From an uncultured Chloroflexia bacterium (GTDB lineage Bacteria > Chloroflexota > Limnocylindria > Limnocylindrales > CSP1-4): a stretch of DNA of 64,000 bases. The position numbers and the translations under genes are program-made. The stretch lies in assembly GCA_963746845.1 (NCBI GenBank), contig CAVVCZ010000006.1, positions 1 through 64,000 of the forward strand. Direction: 5' to 3'. Below the pieces are notes generated by a model that saw only the letters and a list, made by a program, of their open reading frames with translations, was not told the origin of the DNA and did not search any database. Position 1 is the first letter of the stretch, and each line of letters opens with the position of its first letter. Positions 63,102 to 64,000 of this stretch are shown piece after piece.

Positions 63102-63989
63102 ATGCCGGGGAAGGACTCGTACTCGTTCGTGATCGGATCGATCCGGTGCACCGCCGTGAACGACGGCGACGCCTGGTACCAATCCGCCGACTACGTCGCG
63201 AACGCGTCGCGCGACGAGGTCACGGCGGCGCTCTCCCCCCACGGTCACGACCCGGATGCCATCCCCTCTCCATGGAGCGGGCTGGTCGTCGACACCGGCA
63301 GCGCGCGGATCCTGATCGACACCGGCGGCGGCCCGGTCACGTCCGAGGTCGGGCGCTTGTACGAGAACCTCGGCCGGGCCGGGATCGCGCCGGACACGAT
63401 CGACACCGTCGTGATCACCCACGCCCACCCGGACCACATCGGCGGGAACACGAATGGCGACGGCCGGGCGGCCTTCCCGAACGCCCGCTACGTCATCGAT
63501 GAGCGCGAGTGGCGGTTCTGGACGGACGAGACGGAGCTGGCGCGCGTGAACGACGGCTTCGCCCAGGCCGCACGGCGACATCTGCTCCCGCTCGACGAGC
63601 GGCTCGAACCCATCGGGCGGGACATCGAGATCGCGAGCGGCATCGAGCTGATCACGACGCCCGGCCACACCCCCGGCCACCTCGGGGTCGCGATCCGCTC
63701 GGGCGGCTCCGAGCTGGTGTACATCTCGGACGCCGCGCTCCACCCCATCCATCTCGAGCATCCGACCTGGCACCCGGCGTTCGACCAGGATCCCGTTGCC
63801 GCCCTCGCGAGCCGGCGCCGGCTGTTCGACCGGGCCGCGACGACCGGCGCCACCGTGCTGGCGATGCACTTCCCGCCGTTCCCGAGCCTCGGCCACGTCG
63901 CGAAGCACGGGACCGGCTGGCACTGGGAACCGCTGTCATCCACATCCGCGGATCCGCTGGCGCCGCCGCGCCCGGCAACCGGCGGTTGA
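63102..63989 (+). CDS. MBL-fold metallo-hydrolase
   Basis: ILIDTG, THAHPDHIGG, PGHTPGH, SDA, MHFP. Confidence 0.9.
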   Translation: MPGKDSYSFVIGSIRCTAVNDGDAWYQSADYVANASRDEVTAALSPHGHDPDAIPSPWSGLVVDTGSARILIDTGGGPVTSEVGRLYENLGRAGIAPDTIDTVVITHAHPDHIGGNTNGDGRAAFPNARYVIDEREWRFWTDETELARVNDGFAQAARRHLLPLDERLEPIGRDIEIASGIELITTPGHTPGHLGVAIRSGGSELVYISDAALHPIHLEHPTWHPAFDQDPVAALASRRRLFDRAATTGATVLAMHFPPFPSLGHVAKHGTGWHWEPLSSTSADPLAPPRPATGG

Positions 63990-64000
63990 CCGGCGCCTGC

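Overview
The window appears to join three segments at abrupt, gene-truncating breakpoints (~40380 and ~51007). Segment 1 (1-40380) is moderately GC-rich, resembles Deltaproteobacteria/Binatia-like DNA (inference), and carries many single-base frameshifts that are probably long-read errors. It holds metabolic genes (acyl-CoA carboxylase, pdaD, tatA/C, fabF/fabH, MetE-like, Sir2, amidohydrolases, orphan substrate-binding proteins) and an LLM oxidoreductase coupled to an A-T-KS-AT-DH-ACP hybrid NRPS/PKS. Segment 2 (40381-51007) is a degraded tyrosine-recombinase island, followed by a TM0106-type nuclease, a coiled-coil/SH3 protein and a truncated MFS gene. Segment 3 (51008-64000) is visibly much more GC-rich and probably comes from another organism. 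It encodes a cyclase-STAND-TPR protein, a hydrolase/metalloprotease/MBL trio, a Ddn/TetR pair, an ECF sigma with partner and an MBL hydrolase. Two signals absent from the ORF track stand out. The first is a stand-alone ~185-nt transcription unit at 10163-10385: consensus promoter, 16-nt complement to the 16S rRNA 3' end, 13-codon ORF, long hairpin and terminator. The second is an array in the island (42945-44700) of three paralogous, apparently leaderless 26-27-aa transmembrane peptides, interleaved with four copies of a 29-bp motif and a duplicated two-gene module. All calls come from reading the sequence; no database searches were run.
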